From contig OZ076409.1 of the NCBI GenBank assembly GCA_964187785.1, positions 85,934,001-85,998,000 on the forward strand: a DNA stretch of 64,000 bases, written 5' to 3'. Every line of letters starts with the position of its first letter. The stretch's first letter is position 1. The position numbers and the translations under genes are program-made. The DNA is from Amphiscolops sp. MND2022. Lineage: Eukaryota. The notes beneath the pieces are model-generated. The model ran no database searches and was not told the origin of the DNA. It saw only the letters and a program-made list of their open reading frames with translations. Positions 1 through 13,094 of the stretch are shown piece by piece.

Positions 1-32
1 TTTGTCCCCAAGTTGCTGTAGACAATCCTTTT

Positions 33-3000
33 GTGACTGATGTTCTCCAGGCCTATAAATCTGAATCAGCTAATAGTACGCCCACGAGTACACTTGCCCA
101 GAATGCCGAGAGCAGTAGCACTGATCAGAGTTGCAGTGTTTATATCACTCGTAAACGGGAACAAATTGGCGAGACTCGAGATGTGGAAACTCTCCAATAT
201 AGGGGTTATGAAGGAGGAAAAGCCAGTGATAGCGCGTCGTTAGAACTTACTCCCTCCCAAAATCAGTTCACAGTTGAGGAAATGGAGACCAGCTCAACTC
301 CTCAGGTTACTAACTTTGATCCTCCAACTCTTCCCACTACAAGCTGCCTCAGAACTGGATATGGCCCTTCCGACGCTAAGGTGCAAAAATTTCGTGTTAT
401 AATCATAGACTTGAAAAAGGTGCATACGATTCCTACAGATCTCCACGTGGCCCTACTACTGATACCGGGCATGACTCTGCAGGCCCGGTGAAATCAACAA
501 TTGCTGATGCGTTGTTTCCACCTACCCATACTACGGTTTTCTGACTAAGCGATACAGGCAGCATTACTTCAGCGGACTTCCCTGAGGTGCCTCTCCGTAC
601 TCCGCAGCTGTCTAGGAGCGATAGCGCACTGATAAGGGAATATTTTGAAGAGGCTGAGCGTGCAATTCTTTCTACCTCCCGGGCATCCAACAATTGCCTT
701 AAATCAGGGCCAAATTAGCCAAATGTTGAAGTTGTTAGCAGATGAAGCGGTGAGGTCGTCCATAAAGTCAATGAAAAATTTGATACAACAAGCCAGTCGG
801 ATGATTCTCGGGACTTGCCCTGTTCCATCATCCACGAGCAGAGCTACATTGAGTTCTATGTCAGTCGGTACCAACCATGCTGGCTCGCAATTTGGGTTTA
901 CATTTGGACATTCCAGTGACACTAGTGAAGCGTTGAGGACCGACGATGATTTTGCAAGTATTGGGTTCGTGTATGAGCATTCTGATTTCTAAGGCCAAGC
1001 TGTTTCTCGTCCGACTGGTCCTCCTGAATGTAGTCACGCAGACCCACAGTCTGGCGAGAAACATTCAGATGGACAACCCTGGTGCCCAAACGTTAGCTGG
1101 TGTTACGGCTGAAGCCGTCGCTGAGCAACAAAATTCAGTGACCCGCAAAAAGAAACAGAATGTGTCCCAGTCAACAAAATGGAGGAAGCAGACAACAAAA
1201 AACTCGGGCTTGTAAGATCATGAAGGAGGCCTATTTCAAGGGCATGGAATGGACGAAAACCTTTGTCTCTGGCCCAGTGGATCCTCGGTGGCTTCCCTAA
1301 AAACTTTACTGCCAGATCTGTGAAGGCACCAATTCGATATACGGCAGAGGGCCCAGAGAAATACTTCGCCATCATTCAACTGCGCGTCATCTCAGAAAAG
1401 ACCAACGGTGGCGATATGAGCATTTATCGACTGAAGCGCCTGTGACAATGGTAATGAAACATGATGTCAGAGGAAGGGAAGGGCAATTGCTTACTCCTCA
1501 CGAGTTAGATATGGAATTACCAAAATTCATCGACGTTCAACTCGTGGATATAGGAGAGAAAATGCATTTTTATGAAGAGTACATACAGGGAACAGACTTC
1601 ATGAGGTCATCGTCGGACAACATAGTGAAAGTCCAGATGTCTGTGCTGGGTGACTATTTACGGAGTTATGGGGACATCACAAGTTTGCGAAATTTCTGTC
1701 GTGACTTTGGTGTAGTGGATAACCATCAGTCCCTATTTTCTGACTTTGACCGGAGTAAAGAGCGATTGTCGGTAAGTATCATTTTCCAGTCGCTTCGACC
1801 TCAAGTTTTACAAGTTACCATTGTCTCAGTTCCGTCTGTATAACATTGTTTTAAGTATATTTTCTGCTGTTATAGGCCCTCTTTCATCACATGTTCTTGC
1901 AAACCGTACATGATATCGGGACACACGTGGTCGCATTTGGCGAATTTTCTCTCGAGTTCATCAAACAGGGCGTCTTCCTGTTTGAATTCATCCGCTTCTG
2001 GAGCAAAGATGGACTCTGTAGGGTTTTCTTGAAGTGGAACAGCCGGGTCTTAGGACAGTCTGCTGCCGACCTTTCTCAAGTTAGCATCATCATGGCGATC
2101 TTTTGTACTCGACCTACCTTCGTCAGTTGCTCCGCATGTAGCCTTGAAACTATCCAGATCACCCATGAATCCTCCTTCAGTAAGCACGGATTACAGCGCC
2201 GCCCTCGATTTGATGACTTTTTTATAGCGCGACTGATGCACAAGAAGAGCTATAGTATCTTTGGGCGGATCGACTTCCATTCAGTGTTGCAGTACCTTAT
2301 CATTTTCCTCGGCGGGACTTTAGACTGTGAATGGACTCCACGAAATGATGGGAGTAAAGAAGCAAGTAAGTTATTATCGTCACCTTGAACTCCAGTCCAA
2401 AAAATTTGATAGTTTAATTTCATACTTACTGTTGTAGCCTCAGAATTTGGAGCATGCCATGATTAGTGACGAGTTTTTTTTGTCGACTCGAACTATTCTA
2501 CCGTCTGGTCAGGAATTGTAAGTAATTCCTTGAGTTGTTCTTTCAGGGCTGAAGACTCAATTTAAAACATTTTTCTTTGCTCAGATACCAAAAGTTTCGT
2601 CCCGCATTTAGGTCAAAGACGGAATCATGGGTTCCACTTTCACTGACAGCTTTGTCAGTTTCTATTCAAATTGGGAGGCGATGTATTCAGCCCAAAAGAA
2701 GTCTTCCCCAAATATCTGACCTCTCTGGGATCCTCAACATTGTTGTTTTTGACGCGCGAGCACTTGCTGTACCTGACTTCATTGCCCGCTCCAAGCTTGA
2801 CCAGAGGTTAAATGCAGCATGCAAAATCAAGGCTGGGGAGCTGAGTGAGAAGAAAAGAAGTGGCAACAGCTTAGCGAAGCTCATGAAGGACAGTAAAGAG
2901 CATTCGGGCGCTCGTTTACGAGGCTTTCCAATTCTACGCAGCTTAGAGTAGTTTGCCTTTAACATCGGACATCGTAAGAGGCCTAGGCTCTTTGGTCTAG

Positions 3001-3060
3001 ATATTATGTTTTGTGCTCCTGGATCAGGCTATCTACTGTTTTAAACAGCTCCTCCGCAGT
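33..3060 (+). pseudogene. Decayed copy of the antisense, intron-containing accessory gene (BED-like Zn finger, hAT-transposase-like)
   Basis: 1215-1771 reads MEWTKTFVSGPVDP..FYCQIC..EILRHHSTARHLRKDQRWRYEHL, matching IGWTRSFISGPSDP..VWCHMC..EILRHHRTEKHLRRDQRWRYEHL. Intron 1772-1875 (GTAAGT..TATAG). Contains stops and frameshifts. Confidence 0.85.
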
Positions 3061-3100
3061 TTCCAGCTCCTTGAATAATTCCAGGTAAATTCCAGGTCTT

Positions 3101-6100
3101 CTAGGTAAATGGGGTTGCTGTTGGGGCGTAAGTTATTTTTTCCTCCCATGGGACTTTCATTTTCTCCAAACGTTCCATCGTTTCCTGTGTCTGATACATC
3201 GGGCACAGTTGTATCACTCCCTCCTGAATTCGAAGGTCCGCAACAATTATCCCATGTTCAGGAGGCTCAGTAGCGGCTGTAATAGTGTTGTCGTCCAATC
3301 GCGTGGATCTAAGAACCAGGTCGGTAATTATAGCGCCCTTTTCATCGGCATCAGCGGTAGAATTGTTGGAAGAGTGTTTCAGGTCGTAATAAGTCGGGAA
3401 ATCTCCAAAATCTGTTTCCCACAACAAAATATCTAAAATGTCCTGTAGAATAATAATTTCATCATCTTTCTTCGCTGCGGATATCTTGTAGGGTAGTATT
3501 TGACTTACATTTGCGTAATCGAATGCGGTGTAAAATCTGCGTTTTGTTAGAACTTAGTTTACGTACGATATAATTGTCATTCGAAGGACCTTTCCGATGA
3601 CACAAGGGCCTATCCAGCGAAATTCCCAAAATGAGAACGTCGTTGGAATTCTCCAGCAAAATCAGTTGTAGGTAAATTCTTGGATAAGGATTAAGTCCCA
3701 ATTTATGGTCTAAGGTATTATATGGTACTAGTGAGAGTTCAAAACCCGGACTGGAATGGTAAGTCGTGTTAAAGTTAAGTACTGGCAATGGAAAATAATT
3801 GTGCCAATGACGTCTATATTCACCAGAGGCCATCTTGAGTTTGTTTTTAAGGCAAGCATGCGATCCCTCTAGTTTGCCAATCGTTTGGGAATGCTTCGTC
3901 GTCGCACAATTAATTTACTCGAATGCCCAAAATCTGTGCTAGCTCGGCTAACAACTTTGACGTGAAAGCGGATCCTTTGTCAGTAATGAAATGCGTAGGC
4001 AAGTAGGTGTGTCTTGTCATGACATCGATGATGACTTTCGCAGTGGTGATGGCCGAAGCGTCCTTGATTGGATAAGCAAATAGGTACCTAGAGAAAACAT
4101 CTAATGCAGTTATGACGTTTTCGTAACCTCCACTTGGGGGCAGATTAGGTAACAAGTCAATTTGCAAAGAGTCTTCTGGACCCAGATCCCATTCTGGTAA
4201 ATTGAATAGTTCAGGTGTTTTTGACGCGTTAGCAATTCGCTTGTCTTTGATGCAAGTGTCACCTCCTTGCACCCTTTTTTGAAAATTTTGGCTATTCCAG
4301 AGTAGTAATACTTTTGACGAATTTCGTATAACATTTTTGAAACTCCTGGATATTTGTTGGCTGTACCATGGAGTGATTGGAGTAGTTCAGTGACTAAGTG
4401 TATAAGAAATACTGCCTGATGGCATTGAATGCTTCCTGTTTCATCAAAATAGTCCCTCTTGATGATGTCATCTTCGACGGACAGGCGGTCAATCTGATTG
4501 CAGTAGTGGCAATAACTTTGACCTTGTTGTAAAATAGTTTCTGAATATTCCTCTTCCAACACTTTAAGTTGCTGTAAAATGATATTGTTGTTTTGTTCAA
4601 TGGCCACAGTGGAGTGGTCTTATTGGACAGTTTTTGCAAAGTTGTCATTTGGGAAAATGGTCTACGATGGGTACTAAATTTTGCTAAGGCGATGTCCGTT
4701 GTTTGATTAGAGGGTTGGTCGCGTGCTTCTTTCCTCCTTTGCCGCAGTTGTTCCTCAGTTTCTTCATCATCTTCGATATAAAAGAGTTGATCCTTTTCTG
4801 TGATTCCTGTCGATTGGACGTTGAGTTCAATAGGTGTTGTTGGGATATCTTCGCGTATTCGGAGTATCATTTTCACTTTTGGTGATATTTCAAGACGTGA
4901 GAGATAGTCAGCGTCGGTGTTTTTTTGCCTGGGACTTGGGCTACTGTGTAAATTGAACTGGATGACATAGTCACATGCATTCCACAATGTCGGTGGTTTG
5001 ATATCTGTTTGGAATAGTCGCTTGGAATGTCTGATAGGATAATCCTTGGTTTTGGGATCCCCAAAAGGAATGTCAGAATTCCTCGAAGGCAAAAAAGATT
5101 GCCAAGAATTTTTTAGCGTATATGGACATTTTCAGTTGGTCAGGGCAAAATGTCTTGAAACCGTAGGCTACTGGAGCAAATTCCTTTGAAGTATAATTTT
5201 CGAGAGGACCGTTTTCGATCAGAACTGCATAATCGGCTGCCGAAAAACTAGCGTCAATCATGAGCGCTATTTGTTTGTTTGGCAGGGGTTGTTTGCGTGC
5301 GAGTTCACAGCATCCGTCAAGGGTCTTATTCATCTCGGTGAATTTTCCCGACAAGTTCGGTGTTAGCAGGACCCTTTTTTCTTTTGTTAGTATTTTGAAA
5401 AACGGGGTTAAATTTTCTGAGAGCCTGGGGATAAAGTTGCGGTACTAGTTGAGAAACCCCGAGTATCTTTGTAATGCTTTCTTGGATTTCGGGAACTTCG
5501 TTTTTCCCGGGAGATTTCGGACCCCAGCTCTTTGCGGCTCCACTCCTTCAGGTGTGATTGTGCGTCCCTGAAAGTCAATTTCCGTAGCTCCGAAGTAGCA
5601 TTTATTCATCGATAGATTAAGTCTAGCCTTCTGGACAAATTGGAGAGTTGCTCTAAGGTTATTGATTAACTGATCAGCAATATTGACAGCAATTCGGTTA
5701 TAGTCGACATACTGTGCGCATCGATCGACGTTGTCTAAGTTTTCACGCACAAAACTTGAGCACGCTGATGAAGCTCGACTAAGACCTTGCGCTAATCTTC
5801 TGTAAGAGAAGGTTCTGCTTTCGAAGAAAAACGCCAGCATCTCAATTGACCGTTGGTGTGCCATCTGCATGCAATGGTACGCCTGGGAGCAGTCTACTTT
5901 GCAGAAGAGCCTTTTACCAGCTGCGTCGGTCAAAGTACTGACAGGATGACTGTTGTTGATGTAATCATCGGAAATTAAGTTCAAGATCTTTCTCTTCGGT
6001 TAGGTCAACGAAAAGTCTCAATTTCCCGTTTGTCTTCTTCTGGGCGAACATCGGGCTTGCATATTTAGAGAACGGTAGGTTTTTTAGTATCCCGTAACGG

Positions 6101-6404
6101 TGTAGTAGCGCCAATTCTACTAGGATGTCCTCTTTGAGGTTGATTGGTGTCGGTAAGCTCTGACTATTGGAGGGGGAGTCATCTTTTGGCGTTAATTTGA
6201 CCTTGATTTCCTCGTTCATGCCTAGGTCAAAACGATGTCCAGCAAATATGTTGTGAAATTCGACTACCAGGGCTTCGATCCTTGCAATTTCGTTTGGCTA
6301 TAACACAGAGTCCGTACAATTGGGTCGATTGAGCGTTTCTAACTCTTGGAGATTTTGTAGTTCCTTGAGGTTTCGTTGTTGAATAGGGGTATGAAGTTGA
6401 GTGT
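3101..6404 (-). pseudogene. pol: Gypsy pol pseudogene (RT, RNase H, integrase)
   Basis: Fragments with KLRLFVD, DCSQAYH, QYVD, IDASF and DVFSRYLFAYP/TDKGSAFTS motifs, broken by many frameshifts and stops. Confidence 0.95.
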
Positions 6405-6604
6405 NNNNNNNNNNNNNNNNNNNNNNNNNNNNNNNNNNNNNNNNNNNNNNNNNNNNNNNNNNNNNNNNNNNNNNNNNNNNNNNNNNNNNNNNNNNNNNNN
6501 NNNNNNNNNNNNNNNNNNNNNNNNNNNNNNNNNNNNNNNNNNNNNNNNNNNNNNNNNNNNNNNNNNNNNNNNNNNNNNNNNNNNNNNNNNNNNNNNNNNN
6601 NNNN
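6405..6604. other. Assembly gap (200 N)
   Basis: Run of N. Confidence 1.
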
Positions 6605-7763
6605 CTCTTGTACAGAATCAATTCATCACGCCTTTCACCATTTTGAAACTTATTAATTGCGTGGTGATCCCCGTGTGGACATACCTGAGTCATATTTGGG
6701 CCAATCCCACTGCATTCAGAACAAGCAGCTTATGGTACAAGATATTATCGAAATCTTCAAATACCAAACACAAACACGAGCTCACCAAAATGGAATACAT
6801 ATGTAGTCAATTTCCAATCGATCTTGAGATTCAATTATCACAAGCTAAATTTGCCCATAAAGGATTGCATGAAATGGGTCGAATGAAATAGGTCGAAAAG
6901 AATTAGGTCGACTGTTTTGGACGAAGAACTTAGGTCGAATTGACTGAGGTCGAATTGGGTCGAATGGACTTGGGTCGAAATCAATATGTTGTCTCCCTTG
7001 AACTTGGCATTTTTCAAGGTCGACCCAAGTCCATTCGACCAAATTCCGAAACGGTGAAGATTCGACCCATGGCACAGGAGACCGATTCGACCCATTTCTT
7101 CCGACCCATTTCCGTTCACCCGCCCATAAAAACGATTTTGACTCTGACCAGTGTTCAAGAGCCTTATCAGACTCCGATAGCGAAGTATCGAGGTCACTAC
7201 AATCCAGCCTCCGACGTTTTGCAAGATTTTCAGGTATCGCACCGGGTAAAAAATACTCAAAACGAATCTGTGAACACTATAGAATCGAATTATGGAATCG
7301 CCGATTGAGAAATATATTGCCAGAATTCCCTCAAATAGAATCGACAGAACCTTTGATACCAAGATCTTTCAGCAAACATGCTACCAAATTGATAATCGAG
7401 ATGCTCACAAACCAAAGCAATTTACGAGACTTTCAATACCAATTATCAAGAACATCGTCACCACTCTGTATCTGCAACCACGAGGAGACGTCTACGCATT
7501 TTATCTTTTACTGCAGTTTTTACAATAACTTGAGAAAGGAGCACATAAAATTTGGGTCATTTGAAGAACTAATAAGAAAAAAAACCATAGTGATATGATT
7601 AACCTGTTGGACTCTATCAAAAAATCGTCCCGTTTCTGGAATTTGTGAGAACTAAAACTCACCTGATGCAAAGAAATCATGATCATTTGTAAATTTCATA
7701 TATTTGTATAATCATGGCCTGCAAATAGAGGCATTCTTTCCTAGAATATATATATATATATAT
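6605..7763 (+). mobile_element. 3' remnant of a non-LTR retrotransposon
   Basis: C-terminal CCHC-type motif SPLCICNHEETSTHFIFYCSFY, typical of the end of LINE ORF2, followed by (TA)n at ~7747-7763. Interrupted by the MITE at 6862-7121. Confidence 0.6.
6862..7121. mobile_element. MULE(Mutator)-like MITE
   Basis: 9-bp TSD GCCCATAAA (6853-6861 / 7122-7130). Imperfect TIR GAAATGGGTCG / CGACCCATTTC. Internal GTCGAA/TTCGAC motif arrays. Confidence 0.8.
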
Positions 7764-7789
7764 AAACAAGGCCATCTAATGTACGTTCG

Positions 7790-8390
7790 CCAAAACCAAG
7801 AGGAAAATAGAGCATTTTCGAGCAATTTGTATGCTAAAACGCTGTCTGGTAACACCATATTGTAATTTTTTTGCTCCGTTTTTGAGTTTTTCAAATTCTA
7901 AAATGTAGGCTGAAATAGACATGCCCTCGACTCTGGTAAACTTTTCAATTTTGAATACGCTTTGTCCGTGTCATCGCTTTTGTAACACTGGTCAAGTTTT
8001 TTCACAAGGACATCCAGACTATTGTCTCTATCCAATTTGTCAGCCTTCAATTGAAGCCCGATTTGTCTGGCTTGTCCTGTCAATGCCATAACAACGAGCA
8101 GTCCTTGCTTTCGTTTGGCCACGTCGGTCACTCCTTTCCAGTTCCTTTTCGAGTTCATTTTTCCACGTTGTATACTCTTTGCTGTCATCTCCAGCAAATG
8201 ACGGTTTTACAAAACCCGTCACAGTTGCTGATTCGGCCGGTGGATGTGCCATTGCACCTCCTGCTACCAATGTTGAATAAAAATGTAAATTAGTAAACAG
8301 ATACAAATCAAACCCCACACGTCAACATGAACTCAACTGAAAATAACAAGCTAACTACATCAATCAACAGCTACAAAGAGGTAGAGTAAT
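7790..8390 (-). mobile_element. Copia (GalEa-like) 5' remnant: LTR end, PBS and gag N-terminus
   Basis: Minus strand ..TCAACA-T-TGGTAGCAGGAG (LTR end at 8271, tRNA-Met-like PBS). Frameshifted gag KEYTTWKNEL..KQGLLVVMALTGQAR..LPDSVLAYKLL. The remainder of the LTR may lie beyond the LINE (~11850-12032). Confidence 0.6.
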
Positions 8391-8505
8391 CTGCATTAAC
8401 CGTGTATATCGCACGGGTTTGCACGTATCCACCACAGATCCAGAGAGCAAAAGAAAAAGTGCAACAGCCAAATTGTGATAAACTTATTAAATAGTTTCAG
8501 ACGCG

Positions 8506-9258
8506 ATGCCGACTACTAGAACTGGCTCTCAATCAGACGAAGAGGGGTCCACCCACCTAATCGAATGTACTGGCAAGGGTCCCGACAAGGGAAAGGGATG
8601 CCAATCCTGGGTCCCCACATGGCTCCCGAAAAAGATCCACAAGGGTTTCATGGACCGCCCTTTCCTATGTGGCTTCTGTGCAGCAGCTGAGGTGGCCGAC
8701 TTGCAGTCCAAACTTGCCAAAATTACAGAAAAGCCTCAAATCAGCGGAGAGCTGTCCAGTCTTTTCAATGCCGATTCAAACCAGCAATATGGAAGGCGGG
8801 ACAATGTCCGCATATTTGGGGTGGAGGAGGCACCAAATGAGGACGTGTATCAGGCTGTGATCGATGTGGCAGAAAAGGCGGGATGTCAGGTATCCAGAGC
8901 GGACATCAGCATCTGCCATAGGGTTCCCAGCAGAAATGTGAAGCCTGGCCAAGGGCGCCCTATCATTGCAAAATTTGTAAGGAGACAGACCAAAATCGGG
9001 CTGATGACCAGCAAAAAGAAGCTCAAGGATAGTGAAAATAAAATTTATATCAACGATGATCTCACGCTACTACGAGCAAGAATGGCTAAGGCATTGAGGC
9101 AAAGACAAGATGTAGCTTCTGTTAACATGATTAACGAAAAAATTGTGGTGTATCAACAAAATGATACAAAAACTGTCTTTGATAGCCTCTTCAAATTGTA
9201 TGAATGGGATCCTGATTTTGTCTACTCTGTATGCAAAAGTAGTCTACATTTTTGTTAG
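8506..9258 (+). CDS. LINE ORF1 protein (PHD-like Cys motif, coiled coil, RRM-like domain)
   Basis: Intact 250 aa with QYGRRDNVRIFGVEE, ISICHRV, RPIIAKF and YINDDLT motifs. Confidence 0.88.
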   Translation: MPTTRTGSQSDEEGSTHLIECTGKGPDKGKGCQSWVPTWLPKKIHKGFMDRPFLCGFCAAAEVADLQSKLAKITEKPQISGELSSLFNADSNQQYGRRDNVRIFGVEEAPNEDVYQAVIDVAEKAGCQVSRADISICHRVPSRNVKPGQGRPIIAKFVRRQTKIGLMTSKKKLKDSENKIYINDDLTLLRARMAKALRQRQDVASVNMINEKIVVYQQNDTKTVFDSLFKLYEWDPDFVYSVCKSSLHFC

Positions 9259-11877
9259 GGGGCCCTCTAGCTTACAAATTGAAACGTAAAAAATCAAAGC
9301 CTAAACATAAAAACAACTTAAAAGAACAAAGTGTTGAGAACGAATGGATTTTTCATTTGAACATAAGGTCTATCGACTACAATTTTGAAGAACTAGAAAC
9401 GCATTTAGATACCTTTCGTGAAAACAAACCGTGTATTATTTGCTTGTCCGAAACATGGATGACTGAATCCTCAGACAAAAATGCCTACGCACTAGAATCC
9501 TATGCACCTATGGAATTTGATCCTGGTTCAACAAGAAATGAAGGTGTTGCAATACATGTCCATGAATCGCTGGCATTTGAACTTTTGGAGCTTAACATAC
9601 AGAAAGATTCTATTCCTGATCTAAACTATACTGGAGTCAAGTGTACCGCTAGGAACAAGGAAAAATTTACCGTTGTATGCTTATACAATTCGCCTTCCGT
9701 AAATAAACATGATTTCTTGGATCAGTTTGAGTTACTTCTTGAGTCTCTTAGTCAAATTAAGATCTACTATCTAATAGGCGATATTAATATTGACCTCTTG
9801 GAATGCAACCCTGTTGCAGATAGGTATCTGAAATTGTTGGAAATTCATGGTTGCGCCCAAGAAATCAAAGAACCAACCCGTGTAACGCTTGACTCAGAAT
9901 CGTTAATGGATCATATAATCCATAATGACTGCCAAAGACCTCTGAAATTTGGAGTTATCAAGACGTATATTACAGACCATTTTGCACCCTACGTTGATTT
10001 GAATATAAGTAAATCTAAATCCATTCGTTCTCAACATTTTATTAAAGATAGACCGTTTCTCCGGGACGGTAATGCGATAAATCTCTATCTAAACTACTTA
10101 AAACATTGCCTGGAACTTGTAGACTTAGGACAGGACATCAATGCATCTACTGAATCGTTTGCCAATGCAATATCGGAAGCAGTTAATGCTTTCACAGTTG
10201 AAAACAATCAGAACACCAAGATGCCGTAAGACCTTGGTTCACAAAGGAAGTAAAAAAGGCCTTAATTCGAAGAAATTGTAGTTTCCACAGATACAAGCGC
10301 TGTAAAACCTATCAGAACAAGCTACGGTACACAAGAGCTAGAAATATTGTGCACCAGCAGCTTCGTAAAAGCAAGCGCGAATACTACGATTCACGTCTGA
10401 ATGGGCTTATCAATAATCCTAAATAATTCTACAAAGAACTAAACAAAATCACTGGTAAAGCAACAAAAACGTCCAACTTTGTTATCAAGAATGATAAAAA
10501 TGAATTGATTACGGATGATATTGATGTGGCCGAATCGTTCAATGAAAAATTTGTTTCCATCAGTAAAACTTTAGCTGCTTCAATTGATAATGTCCCATTC
10601 ACGGCACATGGTATAAAAACTAATGAAAATCACTATTTTTTTATCCAGCTGATGGCACTGAGATTTCGAGGATTATAAAAAATCTTGAGAACCATAAATC
10701 ACCTGGTCTAGATGGACTGACTGCAGAAATACTAAAAGTGAGTCACGATGTAATAGTTGAAAAATTACCTCATCTCGTGAATAAATCGCTAAAAAGTGGA
10801 ACATTTCCTCAGTTTTTGAAAGCTGCGAGGGTGGTACCGATATACAAATCCGGCAAAAAATCTATACGTGAAAATTACAGACCCATATCTGTTTTATCAG
10901 TATTGACCAAAACATTTGAACGTGTTGTGCATGAACGATTATATAATTTCATGGATAAAAATAAGCTATCATACCCAAGACAATTTGGATTCAGGTCAAA
11001 ACTGAGCCCCATCCACGCTCTTTCCGATATTACAGAAATGATTAGGGATAATTCTAACCTCGATATTTCTTGTATTTTGCTTGATTTACAAAAAGCCTTC
11101 GTTACAATAAACCATGAATTTCTCTTGTATAAACTCGAAGCATACGGTGTCAGAGGGGTTTGCTTGGATTGGTTCACATCATATCTAAGTAAACGAAGTC
11201 AATGTGTTTCAATTAACGGTAAAGTCTCAAAACCATTACTTATTGACTGCGGCGTTCCTCAAGCATCTATTCTTGGCCCACTGCTCTTTATAATTTATGT
11301 AAATGATATCCCGAACTTTTGTAAAAACATTATTCCGTTTCTCTTTGCGGATGATGCTAATTGCGTTTACGCGAGACCCAAAAATGAGACATCTACATTA
11401 CAAGATGAAGTTGAACACATTCCTGGATGGATGGCTATGAATAAACTTAGTCAAAATATTCCTAAAACTGAATTGGTTCATTATTTAAACTGCAAAGATG
11501 AAAGCATAGTATTGAAAAATACTGAAATAACATGTACTGAATACGTTAAATATCTGGGTATCTTACTTGCTAAAAATTTAACTTATGGTTTCCACGTCAA
11601 ACGAGTACTGAATCAATTAGCTAAACATGTATCCATTATTAACCGTCTAAGGCATTTCACCAGTAGTTCGGTAGTGATACGATATTATAAAACATACATG
11701 AAACCAATTATCCAATACGGACTCTTGATATATGGGTGCACGAGGAAGAGTGTACTGAATGATATATTTCTTGTTCAGAAAAAAATCCTCCGTTTTGCAT
11801 ATTTTAAAAACAGACGATATCCATCGGATGAATTGTTCAAAGAGAGAGAGAGAAAGACGCTTAATTACTATACCTGA
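9252..11877 (+). pseudogene. LINE ORF2 (AP endonuclease + reverse transcriptase), disrupted
   Basis: LNIRS, LSETW, GDINID, TDH, NYRPISVL, GVPQASILGP, LFADD and KYLG motifs. Stop at 10227-10229 and a frameshift near 10630. Confidence 0.92.
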
Positions 11878-12101
11878 TAAAAAAGAAACAACTTATTTGG
11901 TACAGTAGGCGTAGTAATTAAAATGAAGTTAAAATAAAGTAGCACTTTTGAACTATTGGAGAAGTTGGAAGCCGTGCCAAATATGGTTTTTATAAAAAGT
12001 TGCAGAAAAAGTAGAAAGTCAACTGCATAACATCAAGAGCGAATTTATCCACAAAAATTCACTTGTTTTTACTCGGAGTGTTTCTTCCAATATGTTTTAT
12101 G

Positions 12102-13094
12102 GGACTGTCATAATAGGTCCGAAAGAGTAGGTCCGAATTTTTTAGTCCGACCATAAGTCCGAAAGAATAAGTCCGAATCGATTAAGACCGAAAACTGACC
12201 GACTGATTAAGTTCGAACGTGCGATTTTTTTGGAAATAGTTCGAATTTGTCAAATGGCAGAGACTTTTAGTTTATATAATGTGGGGCATATGCGATGTAT
12301 GCACGCTCGCCCTCACCGTCGCAAAGACCAGCTCCCACTACGATCGCTTCGCGATCTCCGTTCCCGCTAGGTCTTTGCTCCTGTTCGACCTCGCTTAGCA
12401 AGATGGGAATATAAGCGACCCCAAGGGGCCGCGGGGGGGGGGGGTGGCTGTAAATAGGTCGAATTTTTCTGGTCGAACGGACAGAGGTCGAACCTTTTGA
12501 TCGAATTGCAGGGATCGAATGGAATGCGGTCGAATTTTATCGTATTTGTTGTATGGCTCGGTCGCTTCGCTCCCTTCGCCAAGTAGCAACATTGAGGCAT
12601 GGCCATATGGCACGTCGCTCCGCTTCGCTTCGCTCCTGCATTCAGGGCACTAGGGGTATGTGAACATATCTGACTACGTTATAAAAATTTCGATCCGAGT
12701 TGTTTCGATCCCATTCAAATAATTTGGTTTGTCGACGTGAGGACTAACTCTGATTTTCGATCCCGTTCCTTCGACCTACTTCCGCCCACCCGCCGCGGGG
12801 CACTAGAGGAAATGGGGAAATATCAGAGGCACGTTTTGTACTCAAAAAAACCGCGTTAAATTTCGTCCATTCTGCAAAAAATCGCATTAAATTTCGTTAG
12901 TTTTTCATAACAATTGACTATTTTTTCATAAAAAACCGATTCGGACTTCGTTAGGTTTAAGTCATTCGTATTTCTTCCATTTTGCATCCCAGTCGAACTT
13001 ATTCTTTCTGACTTATAGCCTTGTTGAAATAGTCGGACTTCTTACTTCTTTCTTGCAATTCGGTCATCGGCATTCGGACCTATTCGCCGCACCC
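12102..13094. mobile_element. MULE-like non-autonomous element hosting a nested MITE
   Basis: 9-bp TSD TGTTTTATG (12093-12101 / 13095-13103). TIR core AATAGGTCCGA / TCGGACCTATT. GTCCGA motif arrays. Confidence 0.75.
12437..12791. mobile_element. Nested MULE-like MITE related to 6862-7121
   Basis: 9-bp TSD GCCGCGGGG (12428-12436 / 12792-12800). TIR GGGTGG..TAGGTCGAA / TTCGACCTA..CCACCC. Confidence 0.75.

Larger units (their letters stand above)
1..6404 (-). mobile_element. Decayed Ty3/Gypsy LTR retrotransposon, internal part; diverged relative of the 43109-59120 element
   Basis: Minus-strand pol fragments align by eye to pol at 51080-56281. Plus-strand ORFs align to the antisense gene at 46573-50843. 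Truncated by the window edge and the N gap. Confidence 0.92.
8390..11877 (+). mobile_element. CR1/L2-group LINE, 3'-truncated
   Basis: ORF1 followed by APE endonuclease and RT. Ends near a GA microsatellite at ~11840. Boundaries approximate. Confidence 0.9.

Noticed and set aside
6862..7121. CRISPR-like short repeat array
   Set aside because: Eukaryotic context; irregular 6-10-bp motifs between TIRs with a TSD, and no repeat-spacer periodicity.
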